A stretch of 64,000 nucleotides of DNA from a virus, in the IMG/VR virus record IMGVR_UViG_3300025141_013870, positions 54,249 through 118,248 of that record. One strand, 5' to 3'. This document shows, piece by piece, positions 11,085 to 20,352 of the stretch. Both the position numbers and the translations under genes were made by a program. The notes beneath the pieces were generated by a model. It did no database searches, was not told the DNA's origin, and saw only the letters and a list, made by a program, of their open reading frames with translations. Position 1 is the stretch's first letter. Every line of letters starts with the position of its first letter.

Positions 11085-13529
11085 ATGGCTATAAAATCAC
11101 AAATTAGAGTACAGCAGGTAACAGGATCTATTATAGATATTGCATACTCTGGCTCACAAACATCGGCTACAAGCCTCACATCCGTCGATGATGGGGATCT
11201 TGGTAGTCTTTTAGGTCAGTTTGCTGGCGCAATCGGTAGAATATCCGGTTACAACGGTTCGGCGGCGACTGGGTTCACAAACGCAGCAGCCGGTACATTT
11301 GCTCAGGATATTATTCCGGAAGCAGACGGAACACGTGACTTAGGTTCCTCTACGAGAGAATGGGCAGAGGTTCACGCTAATGCGATTAACTCTGCTGCTA
11401 CACTTGTCATCAGCGGCACTACTGGTCTTACACTTGATGCAACAACAGTGTCAATCGATGGTATTGACGATTCTAACATCACTGTAACAGCATCTGGAAA
11501 GGACTTAAATATCGGCGTTGCTGGCGGCGGAGCTCAAGTACTCAAGCTAGATTCAGCTGGTACAGGTACTGACGCTATTGACGTTAATGCTTCTGCTGGC
11601 GGAATTGACATCGACGCATCCGGTGCAATCAGTTTAGACTCTTCAGCTGGATCAATCGACATCAATGTAGTGGACGGCCAGACGGTGAGCGTCGGCCTAA
11701 ACGGGGCAGTCGAGACAATATGGACGCCACATGCCACTGCAGGTAACGAGAAGTGGTCAACGACCAACACTGCTGGTACCGCGACTGATGCAATTGCGCT
11801 CACTGCGACTGCTGGCGGTGTTACAGTTGATGGCGGAGGTGGTGTCAATATTGTTGGTAACACTGCTGAGGTTGATATTACGACGACAGGTGCACTTGAC
11901 CTAAATTCAGGCGCTTTTACCTTGAATGGATCTACTGTTGGAATTGATGGTACAAGTGTCTTGACTCTGGGTGCAGCTTCAATGAATATTGATTCTGATG
12001 GTGGAGCAATTGATATGGATGCATCAACCACAGTTACCATTGGTGGCTCCAACGCAACCGGCGTTACAATCGGTCGAGCAGATAAGAACGTTACAATTCC
12101 TGGAAACCTGATAGTTAACGGTACTGCAACTTACATTAATACAAGCGAGTTGATGGTAGAAGATAAGCAGGTGGTCATCGGTATTCCTGGTGGCATGACA
12201 GACCCCGGAACTGCTACATACGCTCTAACTTCAGATGTTGTCACGGTAACAAGCGAAGCCCACGGGTTGACGAACGGACAGTATGTTCTCATATCTGATC
12301 CAGCCGCAACGCCACTTATCCCTGAGGGAGTCTATCTGATTACCTCTGTTGCTGATGCTGATACATTCACATTTGCATATGTCAGGGCTAATGTTCCCGC
12401 TGGTACTGCTATCGATCACTCAGTGAACGATGTAACAGACGCTACTGCTAGTGGATCTGGAATAATGCTTGCACCTGCATCAGCTGTACCGACCTTGCTT
12501 AAGTGGGATTCGACGACTGGTTGGCTCTTAGGCGGACCTGCTTCGTCAACTGCTGGCCTTTCACCAAATGTCGACGGCTCAGGAGCTCTTGGTGCTCCAG
12601 CTAAACGATGGGCAGATCTCTTCCTCGCGGAAGGTGGTGTTATCAACTGGGATAATGGTGATATGACCATGACTCAGGCTAGCGATGTTCTTACTGTTGC
12701 TGGCGGCGATATCCTTATGGATACCACTCAGAAGATTACTTTTGGTAACGCTAATAACGCTATCAATCTTAATACTGATCTCGTCATTGATGCTGCTGCT
12801 GACATCACTCTTGATGCCGCTGGTGGAAATGTTAAACCTGCTTCGAATGATCAGGCTGCTCTCGGTGTTAGTGGAACGGGTTGGTCAGACCTATTCCTTG
12901 CTGATGGTGCTGTGATTGACGTTAATGCTGGTAACTCCACTCTCACGGGTGGAAGTGCTGCTTGGGTTTCAAACGTTAAGTTCCAGGCTACAAGACTACA
13001 AGTTGATGGTGCTAATGACTATCTTGATGTCAACACTGATTTCACTATGACTGCTGCTGCAGATATTCGCCTTGCGGCGGGTGGTGCAGATGTTCAGCTT
13101 CGAGGCAGTGGAACCAATGACTTCATCTCCTTACAGAGAGCTAGTACAACAATTCAATACATGAACTTTGCAGCTGATGATTCTTCTGCAGCTCCTGGTG
13201 TTGCTGCAGCCGGTTTCGGTTTCCGCAACAATGCTGGGACCATGCAGTTCAAGAATAGCGCTGGATCATGGCAGAACATCGCTGCTGGAACAGGTGAAGC
13301 TCGTGTTAAGGATGTCGTAACAGTTGCAGCGACAGCGACAGCAGTTACATCCACATCTAGTGGATTCCTAGCATTGGCTCCAAATGATCTTGATGTCTAC
13401 CTAAACGGACAGCTGATGGCATCTGGATCTGGAGGTACTGGTAATGACTATAACGTCACAGCAACAAGTGTGGTTACATTCACATTTAATGTTGAGCCAG
13501 ATGACACCGTAACGTTTGTCAAGCCCTAA
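11085..13529 (+). CDS. Virion structural / tail-fibre-like protein
   Basis: 814 aa G/A/T/D-rich; three P..D....LG....W repeats; strong SD AAGGAG; own terminator. Confidence 0.7.
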   Translation: MAIKSQIRVQQVTGSIIDIAYSGSQTSATSLTSVDDGDLGSLLGQFAGAIGRISGYNGSAATGFTNAAAGTFAQDIIPEADGTRDLGSSTREWAEVHANAINSAATLVISGTTGLTLDATTVSIDGIDDSNITVTASGKDLNIGVAGGGAQVLKLDSAGTGTDAIDVNASAGGIDIDASGAISLDSSAGSIDINVVDGQTVSVGLNGAVETIWTPHATAGNEKWSTTNTAGTATDAIALTATAGGVTVDGGGGVNIVGNTAEVDITTTGALDLNSGAFTLNGSTVGIDGTSVLTLGAASMNIDSDGGAIDMDASTTVTIGGSNATGVTIGRADKNVTIPGNLIVNGTATYINTSELMVEDKQVVIGIPGGMTDPGTATYALTSDVVTVTSEAHGLTNGQYVLISDPAATPLIPEGVYLITSVADADTFTFAYVRANVPAGTAIDHSVNDVTDATASGSGIMLAPASAVPTLLKWDSTTGWLLGGPASSTAGLSPNVDGSGALGAPAKRWADLFLAEGGVINWDNGDMTMTQASDVLTVAGGDILMDTTQKITFGNANNAINLNTDLVIDAAADITLDAAGGNVKPASNDQAALGVSGTGWSDLFLADGAVIDVNAGNSTLTGGSAAWVSNVKFQATRLQVDGANDYLDVNTDFTMTAAADIRLAAGGADVQLRGSGTNDFISLQRASTTIQYMNFAADDSSAAPGVAAAGFGFRNNAGTMQFKNSAGSWQNIAAGTGEARVKDVVTVAATATAVTSTSSGFLALAPNDLDVYLNGQLMASGSGGTGNDYNVTATSVVTFTFNVEPDDTVTFVKP

Positions 13530-13566
13530 TAAGATCTCTTCTAATTAGATTAGATTTTAGTTTCCT

Positions 13567-13607
13567 GGCGGGGTCCTTTTTATAAGGACCCCGCCTTTTT
13601 ATTTTTT
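13567..13607 (+). terminator. Rho-independent terminator
   Basis: Perfect 12-bp stem GGCGGGGTCCTT/AAGGACCCCGCC, 5-nt loop, followed by TTTTTATTTTTT. Confidence 0.9.
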
Positions 13608-13642
13608 CTATCGTTAGTGTTATTATATGCCTGTTGTTATAA

Positions 13643-14167
13643 ATGCCTGGAGTAAACATGACTTTTGAATTGGATGAGATAGGATTATTAATAGAAAAGC
13701 TTAGTAATGAAAGAAATGAGCTAGATGATAACGTGGTTACATTGTCTTCATCTGTTATTCAATTAAGTAACCTGGCCTCTGCGGCGGGAAATATTTCTAA
13801 TAACTTGCAGGTCTCACTTAGTGAATCAGATAATGAATCTGAGACATTAAATATACTGTTAGCTGGATTTAACAATCTTTCATCTCTAGTGAGTTCTCAT
13901 CCTAACGTAATATCACAATCGATAATTAGGATGCAAGCACAGCGCGAGAAGATAGAATCTGTGATAGAAAGTTTAAAAGAATCTCAAGAAAAAATTAACG
14001 TAAGAAATGCTGCACAAGATAAATTAATTAAAAAGCTCAAAGATGAGGGTACCTCATCTGGTGATAGAGAAGTAGGAACACACCCAGATGGTCTTTCAAA
14101 GATAAGAAAAGCTAAGTCAAAAATGAACAAAAAAGACGAGAAGGCCAATACACAGCTTGATACATAA
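13643..14167 (+). CDS. Hypothetical coiled-coil protein
   Basis: 174-aa ORF, heptad-like; start may be ATG 13658 after GGAG. Confidence 0.7.
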   Translation: MPGVNMTFELDEIGLLIEKLSNERNELDDNVVTLSSSVIQLSNLASAAGNISNNLQVSLSESDNESETLNILLAGFNNLSSLVSSHPNVISQSIIRMQAQREKIESVIESLKESQEKINVRNAAQDKLIKKLKDEGTSSGDREVGTHPDGLSKIRKAKSKMNKKDEKANTQLDT

Positions 14168-14185
14168 TATTAGGAGATATCTATC

Positions 14186-14407
14186 ATGTGTGAACTTTTA
14201 TTTGTCTACATAGTCTCTTCTATTCTATTTCTCTCTCTTTGTGTAGGAAGAATATCTGATTTAAAAACTATAGAGGCAACCACAAGAAATAGGGATACAA
14301 AGCTTTTCTGCAAGAGACTGCATGAAAAAGAAGTTGCTAGGTGTAAGACTTTTATTTTTTGGCCAGCTGCTATGTTCTACGAGGTCTGGAAGATTTTTAA
14401 AAAATAA
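14186..14407 (+). CDS. Small membrane-anchored hypothetical protein
   Basis: SD AGGAG; N-terminal hydrophobic stretch. Confidence 0.65.
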   Translation: MCELLFVYIVSSILFLSLCVGRISDLKTIEATTRNRDTKLFCKRLHEKEVARCKTFIFWPAAMFYEVWKIFKK

Positions 14408-15096
14408 TGTCTCAAATAAAAAATCTTCTTTTAAAGTTCAGATATCTTAAAAGTGAGCTTGAGAGAGTTGACACAATAGTTTCTGAATCAAAGAAGCAAT
14501 TTTTAGACAGATCAAGAAAAATTCAGAAGGATCTAAACGTTTATGACTCTGATTTTGATAGACCTTTTGAGAAAAGATCCGATGAATCTGATTATAAAAA
14601 AGACGATTCACCAGAGATAAATTGCGATCTCAATGATGATGTGGTTAAATCTGAAAAGCCAGCGTGGTCGAAAAAGCTTTTTAGAAAGATAGCCACTATA
14701 ACACATCCAGATAAGATACCAGAAAATCTAAGCGATGTAGTTAAGGATAAATTTTTAAATTTTTATAAATCTGCCACTGAATCATATGAATCTAATTCAT
14801 TTTTAGATCTCATAGATATTGGCGAGAATCTGGGAATAAAGATAGAAGACATGGGCAACATCGATATCTCAAGTTTAAACTCTAAAATTAAAACAATCGA
14901 AGATAGGATATTTGAATTAAAAAGCACAATTTTCTGGGAGTGGTGGCACATGAGCAAAGAACAAAAAAGGGAAGTCATCAAAAAATTTGTGAAAGATAGA
15001 GGGTGGGAAAGCGCTAGAGCACAATCTAAAAAATCTCGCCCCGGGCATCCGGGAACATCTATATCCCAGAGTAGGAAAAAGATGCAAAAAGATTAA
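14407..15096 (+). CDS. J-domain-like (HPD motif) protein
   Basis: KKLFRKIATITHPDK resembles J-domain helix II-HPD. Confidence 0.6.
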   Translation: MSQIKNLLLKFRYLKSELERVDTIVSESKKQFLDRSRKIQKDLNVYDSDFDRPFEKRSDESDYKKDDSPEINCDLNDDVVKSEKPAWSKKLFRKIATITHPDKIPENLSDVVKDKFLNFYKSATESYESNSFLDLIDIGENLGIKIEDMGNIDISSLNSKIKTIEDRIFELKSTIFWEWWHMSKEQKREVIKKFVKDRGWESARAQSKKSRPGHPGTSISQSRKKMQKD

Positions 15097-15180
15097 TTTA
15101 CGTTCTGGCGGATAGGTATTAATATCCGGGGCTGAATTATTGATTTTTGTTCTCTAGCTTCTATTAAGTCGTTTAGATTC

Positions 15181-15498
15181 ATGTTAAAGATGATTTTGAT
15201 TATGAATCTTATAGACGCTCTTGCCACCTTGGTGTGGATTAGGCTAGGGCTCGCTGAGGAAGAAAATCCAATGATGGCATTTGTTTTAGAAAATAATGAA
15301 TCAGCATTCATCATCATTAAGACAGCCTTGGTGATATTATCAATATTACTATTGTGGAGAATAAGAACAGAGATGCTGGCAAGAATTTTAATCATTCCTG
15401 TTTTTTTATCTTATGTGTATGTCATGATTTTGCATACATCTGCCACGATTAACGTTATTACCGGAGGTGCGTTATGGAATCTTTTAATATTGCACTAG
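15181..15498 (+). CDS. Membrane protein (DUF5658-like)
   Basis: NLIDALAT..EENPMM..F..IK pattern, three hydrophobic segments. Confidence 0.6.
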   Translation: MLKMILIMNLIDALATLVWIRLGLAEEENPMMAFVLENNESAFIIIKTALVILSILLLWRIRTEMLARILIIPVFLSYVYVMILHTSATINVITGGALWNLLILH

Positions 15499-15866
15499 CA
15501 TTTTTAGTGGGCTGCATTGTATCATGCATATTTTTTACGATTGGAAGATTCATAGGAAAAATAGAAAAAGAATCTAAAGATAGAGATGACAGGGTACAGG
15601 ATCTATTTGACGGAATCATTCATAATAATGAAGATGAATATGAACAAAGTTTTAAAAATTCATTTTCTGATGAGATGATAATTGACGCAGAGTATGAAGA
15701 TGTGGTTTTAGATCTTCAGGAATATAGAAAGAGAAAAATATCACAAGAAGAAAATTTTGATAGTCTTCTTGGCTATGAAATCATGTACCATAAGAAAAAT
15801 AATGAGTATATTAAAGTACCACGTGAGATTGCAGATCTCATAAAGTATCTTAAAAAGCACACATAA
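15474..15866 (+). CDS. Hypothetical protein with N-terminal TM
   Basis: 130-aa ORF, SD GGAGG. Confidence 0.7.
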   Translation: MESFNIALAFLVGCIVSCIFFTIGRFIGKIEKESKDRDDRVQDLFDGIIHNNEDEYEQSFKNSFSDEMIIDAEYEDVVLDLQEYRKRKISQEENFDSLLGYEIMYHKKNNEYIKVPREIADLIKYLKKHT

Positions 15867-15868
15867 TT

Positions 15869-16114
15869 ATGAATGAGAAAAATGTAGGAGAAATAGCAAG
15901 GGCTACATCTAAGGTTCTTGTCATAATCACATTGTGTATATTTTGTGGCTGGTGGATAAAGGAGAGGACTCTAACTCCAGATATCATGAAAGAGTGTAAG
16001 CTAACATGCGGAAACTTTTCAGGTTATGTCGAAGAGGTAACTGTGACAAGATGTGAATGCTCTCAAGAAAGAGCTAAAATTATTGAAAGTCCATGGGTTT
16101 TGCCAAAAAAGTAA
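15869..16114 (+). CDS. Small Cys-containing membrane-anchored hypothetical protein
   Basis: TM segment then CxxxC..CxC. Confidence 0.65.
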   Translation: MNEKNVGEIARATSKVLVIITLCIFCGWWIKERTLTPDIMKECKLTCGNFSGYVEEVTVTRCECSQERAKIIESPWVLPKK

Positions 16115-16121
16115 TACTTAT
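16114..16121 (+). promoter_or_regulatory. Putative late promoter motif (leaderless start)
   Basis: ATACTTAT 2-5 nt before ATGATG at 16124/16127. Confidence 0.45.
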
Positions 16122-16123
16122 TA

Positions 16124-16489
16124 ATGATGCGCATCTCTAGAAAAATACTCAGATCACTAATATTAAGAGAAGTTAAGCTGTCTTTAAATAATCTAGACAG
16201 ACTTATGGAGTCTGCGCTGGTATCTAAGATGATATCTGGGAAGGACCCTGCGGAAATAGCTAGCGGAATATCTAAGATAAAGGATCTTGATGGAATGATT
16301 TTGAATGCGCTAAAAGATAAAAGCGGGTTCAAGTCTGCTATATCAAAACTAGACGATGAACAATCTAACCTGCTTGTTAGTGTGCTTGGACAACTACGAG
16401 GTTCGCTGGCCCCAAGCACATTTACTAAATTAAAGAAAGAAATAATTGCATCTAAACCAGATTTAAAAGATAAGCTGTCTGCCATGTAA
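16124..16489 (+). CDS. Hypothetical protein with LRxLIxxE motif (putative virion internal protein)
   Basis: N-terminus MRISRKILRSLILREV. Confidence 0.7.
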   Translation: MMRISRKILRSLILREVKLSLNNLDRLMESALVSKMISGKDPAEIASGISKIKDLDGMILNALKDKSGFKSAISKLDDEQSNLLVSVLGQLRGSLAPSTFTKLKKEIIASKPDLKDKLSAM

Positions 16490-16512
16490 ATTAGATCTTA
16501 TACTTGTATTAT
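16485..16512 (+). promoter_or_regulatory. Putative TGTAWW-N16-TAnnnT promoter
   Basis: TGTAAA-N16-TATTAT, ATG 6 nt downstream. Confidence 0.5.
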
Positions 16513-16518
16513 TGTATA

Positions 16519-16959
16519 ATGATGAATTGGCGTCCTCCTAAATCACCGTACAATCTTATTCAGGAACATCTTTGGGAAGATCCCTGGAAGATATTTGTCG
16601 CGTGTATATTTTGCAATCTAACAAGAAGAGTCGACGCTGAACCGTATATGTGGAAATTCTTTGAGAGATATCCCACGCCAGACTCTGCATCAGAGGCTGA
16701 TGTCGATGACATAGCAGATATGATAGGCCCGCTCGGACTCTCTCAGAGACGATCTAAGACCCTGGTTAAGATGTCCTATGATTATATCAACGAGGACTGG
16801 AGAAGCGATCCTGCAGTTCTCTATGGGATCGGAAAGTATGCATCTGATGCGTATCGAATCTTTTGCCTCGGTGAATGGAGAGATGTTCGACCAAAGGATC
16901 ACGCATTAAATGATTATCATAACTGGTTAAAAAAAGAGAATCATAATACGTTGTTATAG
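16519..16959 (+). CDS. MBD4-like HhH-GPD DNA glycosylase (T:G/U:G mismatch)
   Basis: WRPPKSPYNLIQE..DPWK, LYGIGKYASDAYRIFC, RPKDH closely mirror the MBD4 glycosylase domain. Confidence 0.85.
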   Translation: MMNWRPPKSPYNLIQEHLWEDPWKIFVACIFCNLTRRVDAEPYMWKFFERYPTPDSASEADVDDIADMIGPLGLSQRRSKTLVKMSYDYINEDWRSDPAVLYGIGKYASDAYRIFCLGEWRDVRPKDHALNDYHNWLKKENHNTLL

Positions 16960-16974
16960 ATCAGTATTGATAGT

Positions 16975-16982
16975 ATATTTAA
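16975..16982 (+). promoter_or_regulatory. Putative late promoter motif (leaderless start)
   Basis: ATATTTAA 4 nt before ATG 16987. Confidence 0.45.
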
Positions 16983-16986
16983 TATC

Positions 16987-17148
16987 ATGCTGATAACAGA
17001 AAGAAGTCTAAGAGCTCTCATTAGAAACGAGCTACGCCTATATTCAAATAAAATACTTGAGGCGAGATTTAAGGGCTGGAGTCCAAGGGGAGATATTGGG
17101 GATTTGATTGACCAGAATCTTGAAGCTAAAGAAGATGACATAGCATGA
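16987..17148 (+). CDS. 53-aa protein missed by ORF track, LRxLIxxE motif
   Basis: MLITERSLRALIRNELRLYSNKILEARFKGWSPRGDIGDLIDQNLEAKEDDIA; stop overlaps next ATG (ATGA). Confidence 0.7.
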   Translation: MLITERSLRALIRNELRLYSNKILEARFKGWSPRGDIGDLIDQNLEAKEDDIA

Positions 17149-18002
17149 TTCTTTCAAGAAAAAATCTTAGGATGCTCATACACGATGTCATGCTTAAGGA
17201 GTCAAAGTATTTTGGCATGTCTGTGGAAGAGGTTCTTTCATTTTTTGATAAGTTTAGTCAAAATACGTGGATATTTTTTGATACAGAGACCACTGGTCTT
17301 CCACGGGATGTACAAAAGGGACAGATAACAGAGATAGGTGCGGTTGCTGTAAATCCTAAAAACTGGAATGACGATGCTGAAATTCTTGGTGAATTCAACG
17401 AGAAGATCACGTTAAATCCGGACACACTTGCAACAATTGAAAGACAGAGGCCTGATACAGAAAGTACACATACTAGTAGCAGGGTGTGGACAGTGGAAAA
17501 GGCACTTGAGATGACACGATATCATGAGTGGGATAGAGAATATAAAGATGAGCAGGATGTTATCAAAGGGTTTATAGAGTTTGTACAGTCATTTTCCAAT
17601 CCGGTTCTTGTAGCGCAGAACGCATCATTTGACATGAAGTGGATCTTCGCACGGTCAGAGACAAAGATGAATAGATACCCTGTTATAGACACAATGAAGA
17701 TAATGCAGCTATTTTTAATTCCGCTTCTTAAGACTTTGCGTGATAAGCATGGAGACGTTGAGGCTAGAGAATTTTTACAGCTGATTAGAAAAGGTAGAAT
17801 GTATTCGTCGTCTCAGGGCGTTGTTTCAGCTGCATATGGAATATCTACGGATAACTGGCATAGTGCAATTGGAGATGTTGAGATGCTCATGGATCTCTTT
17901 CAGCACGTAGTTGACACCCTTAGAGAGGGAGAAGGTGTGGACATAAGCGGAGAGCATGGAAAGACAGCTGCGTATGCGATGAAGAGAAAGAGAAGAAGAT
18001 AA
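17145..18002 (+). CDS. DEDDh 3'-5' exonuclease (DnaQ/epsilon-like) with N-terminal LRxLI motif
   Basis: FFDTETTG (ExoI), AQNASFD (ExoII), WHSAIGD (ExoIII). Confidence 0.85.
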   Translation: MILSRKNLRMLIHDVMLKESKYFGMSVEEVLSFFDKFSQNTWIFFDTETTGLPRDVQKGQITEIGAVAVNPKNWNDDAEILGEFNEKITLNPDTLATIERQRPDTESTHTSSRVWTVEKALEMTRYHEWDREYKDEQDVIKGFIEFVQSFSNPVLVAQNASFDMKWIFARSETKMNRYPVIDTMKIMQLFLIPLLKTLRDKHGDVEAREFLQLIRKGRMYSSSQGVVSAAYGISTDNWHSAIGDVEMLMDLFQHVVDTLREGEGVDISGEHGKTAAYAMKRKRRR

Positions 18003-18003
18003 C

Positions 18004-18660
18004 TTATTCGTGTTTCTTTAGTCTAGCAACTCCATCTACTATCGTCACATATGTCTGATGTGTGACCCAGTCTCCAGCATTTATATATGTTTTAATATCT
18101 TCGTCTGAATTAATCCACACGAGAGCTTCAGGAATATGCGTATGACCCATGATAAATACATCAACATCAGGATTATGTCTTAGTATATGAATCACGCTTC
18201 TAAGCTTGTGCTTTTTGATTTGCTTTTCTGTCCACCATGTAGTAAAGTCAAAATTAAAAGTAAATTCTAGTATATTTTGAATTACCGAAAGAATTATAAC
18301 AAATATTTTGTTGTGAAGGACACCCTTATCATATTCGTCACCATGCTCAATTCTAAAATTTCTACCGTGAGATTCAAAGTCATATCTCTTTACAAACTCT
18401 ACATTGTGAACATTTTTTCCTACAAGATTTAAAAGGCTCTGATCATGATTGCCTACAACATATATTATTTTTTTATTGTAATTGACTGCGCTTATAATCT
18501 CTAGACACCTTTCAGTGAATATAGGAATTTTAATAAAGTCTATGATATCACCTGCAAGTATTAATTCATCATAGCTTTCTGACTTTAAAAATGACAGAAG
18601 CTGCTCTGATTTGTAGAATTTACTTCCAATGTGTGTATCAGAGACGACAATTCTTTTCAT
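18004..18660 (-). CDS. Calcineurin-like metallophosphoesterase, LpxH-like
   Basis: SDTHIG, AGDIID, GNHD, EHGD, GHTH, NAGDW; only convincing minus-strand gene. Confidence 0.85.
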   Translation of the reverse strand: MKRIVVSDTHIGSKFYKSEQLLSFLKSESYDELILAGDIIDFIKIPIFTERCLEIISAVNYNKKIIYVVGNHDQSLLNLVGKNVHNVEFVKRYDFESHGRNFRIEHGDEYDKGVLHNKIFVIILSVIQNILEFTFNFDFTTWWTEKQIKKHKLRSVIHILRHNPDVDVFIMGHTHIPEALVWINSDEDIKTYINAGDWVTHQTYVTIVDGVARLKKHE

Positions 18661-18791
18661 TGAATAAGCGCCTTTATAATATGATTATAATCAAAATTTT
18701 GCCCTTGTTTTTCTATAAAAACAGAGAGATACACTTATAGTTTCAGTGTTTATAATAATGAATATCCGAAAGGAATTAACAGGAGAAAAAA

Positions 18792-19037
18792 ATGTATAGA
18801 ATGTCAGACGAAGTTATTTCACAAATTGCAAAGCTTGTTCAGCTTGCAATTATCACTGGAACAGATGTCGTAGATAATCTTAGAATGATAAGAGTTGAAC
18901 CGTCTGAGGAAGATGGCGCATGTCTTTCACTGACACAAGAGTACAGAGAGATTGGTGAAAATCAGATTAATAGTTTGCTGTCTGAGCTTGACAATGTCAA
19001 TACTTCAGATGAGGAAGTAGATGTCGAAATCGAGTGA
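18792..19037 (+). CDS. Hypothetical protein
   Basis: SD AGGAG, 81 aa. Confidence 0.75.
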   Translation: MYRMSDEVISQIAKLVQLAIITGTDVVDNLRMIRVEPSEEDGACLSLTQEYREIGENQINSLLSELDNVNTSDEEVDVEIE

Positions 19038-19404
19038 TAATCTAAAACACATGTTTGATCTAAGAGAGTCATTTATGGTATCTCTTAGAAAGAAGTTTTC
19101 TACTGAAAATCCTGAATGGCCACTAGATCTTTCTACAAAAGAACATCAACAATATTGCAGAGACATAGCACTGAGAGGTGTTGAAGAGATGTTTGAAGCT
19201 CTGCAGCATTTAAAAAACTGGAAGCCACATCGGACAACTGAGATAACTGAATTTGACAGAGATGAGTTTTTAGAAGAGGTAGTAGATGCTTTTAATTACT
19301 TTTTATCTTTGTTAGTTTTGACAGGCTTTTCATCAGAAGATTTTTACAAGATGTATGTCAAGAAGGATAAGATTATACATGAAAGACTCAAAGGCGACTA
19401 TTAG
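19021..19404 (+). CDS. All-alpha dimeric dUTPase/dCTPase (dUTPase_2 / T4 gp56-like)
   Basis: VEEMFEAL..KNWKPH, LEEVVDAFNYF, KK..I.ER...Y. Confidence 0.75.
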   Translation: MSKSSDNLKHMFDLRESFMVSLRKKFSTENPEWPLDLSTKEHQQYCRDIALRGVEEMFEALQHLKNWKPHRTTEITEFDRDEFLEEVVDAFNYFLSLLVLTGFSSEDFYKMYVKKDKIIHERLKGDY

Positions 19405-20332
19405 AGATTTATTTGAATTACAAAAAAGATTTAATGATATTTTCTATGATATGGATGATATCGGATCAAGAGAACGAGAAGAGATCACAAAATCTTTAGC
19501 GCTAGCATTACACACTGAGGTTAGCTCTCTTATATCTGCAATAAACTTTAAAGATCACAGGCAGAATAAAAAAGATGCTGATGAATACAAGATCTTGTTT
19601 GAAAGTGTAGATATATTTCGATATCTTATTTCTATTCTAAACATCTGGGATATCACGCCAGAAAGATTTACAGAGGCATTTCTTGATAAGGATTTGTTTC
19701 TTCATGCAAGATACAAGATCAATTCTAGCAAGTGGTCGGGACAGGATGTAATCATAGTAGATCTTGATGATGTAGTAATAGAATTTAGGAATGGTTTTCT
19801 AGAGTGGCTTAGTGATACATATAAAATATTTGTTGACCCTGATAGCAAAGAATACTATACAACTGCTGAATTAAAAAATGCTGGTGTTAATCCTGAAAAG
19901 GTATTTTCTAATTTTATTAAGAGTAGAGGATTAAGATCTTTAGAAAAAAATCAAGATATGATTGATGTAATTAACAAGCTGAGTGCAGACGGATATTGGA
20001 TTCAGCTTTTAACAGCTAGACCGCAAGATAATCTTGTGTGCCATTACGATACGTTTAGATGGATAGAAAGCTCTAATTTAAAATATGATAGATTAGATTT
20101 CAGCAATGAAAAATATAGATGGTGTACCCAGTCTGATTATTTTGATAGCAACAGTATCGTGTGTGCTATAGATGACTCAGCTAAGCATAGTGCTGAATAT
20201 GCAAAACACGGAATTCCAGTTTTTCTTCCTTCAAAAAGTTACAACACTGAAGTACACAATATGACCAATGTAACAGTGTTTGATGATCCGAGAGACGTGT
20301 GGGAAAAAGTTAAATCTCTTAAGAATAAGTAG
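19379..20332 (+). CDS. Fusion: divergent all-alpha NTP pyrophosphatase + HAD 5'(3')-deoxyribonucleotidase
   Basis: N-half LFESVDIFRY; C-half IIVDLDDVV, LLTARP, AIDDS. Confidence 0.7.
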   Translation: MKDSKATIRDLFELQKRFNDIFYDMDDIGSREREEITKSLALALHTEVSSLISAINFKDHRQNKKDADEYKILFESVDIFRYLISILNIWDITPERFTEAFLDKDLFLHARYKINSSKWSGQDVIIVDLDDVVIEFRNGFLEWLSDTYKIFVDPDSKEYYTTAELKNAGVNPEKVFSNFIKSRGLRSLEKNQDMIDVINKLSADGYWIQLLTARPQDNLVCHYDTFRWIESSNLKYDRLDFSNEKYRWCTQSDYFDSNSIVCAIDDSAKHSAEYAKHGIPVFLPSKSYNTEVHNMTNVTVFDDPRDVWEKVKSLKNK

Positions 20333-20352
20333 AATAGGATGGCTTACCTCAA

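Noticed and set aside
15093-15395. Minus-strand 100-aa ORF (its last 29 codons begin MNLNDLIE, like the tag)
   Set aside because: It is mostly antisense to the better-supported DUF5658-like gene, and the short tail ORF has no clear promoter or SD; not supportable.
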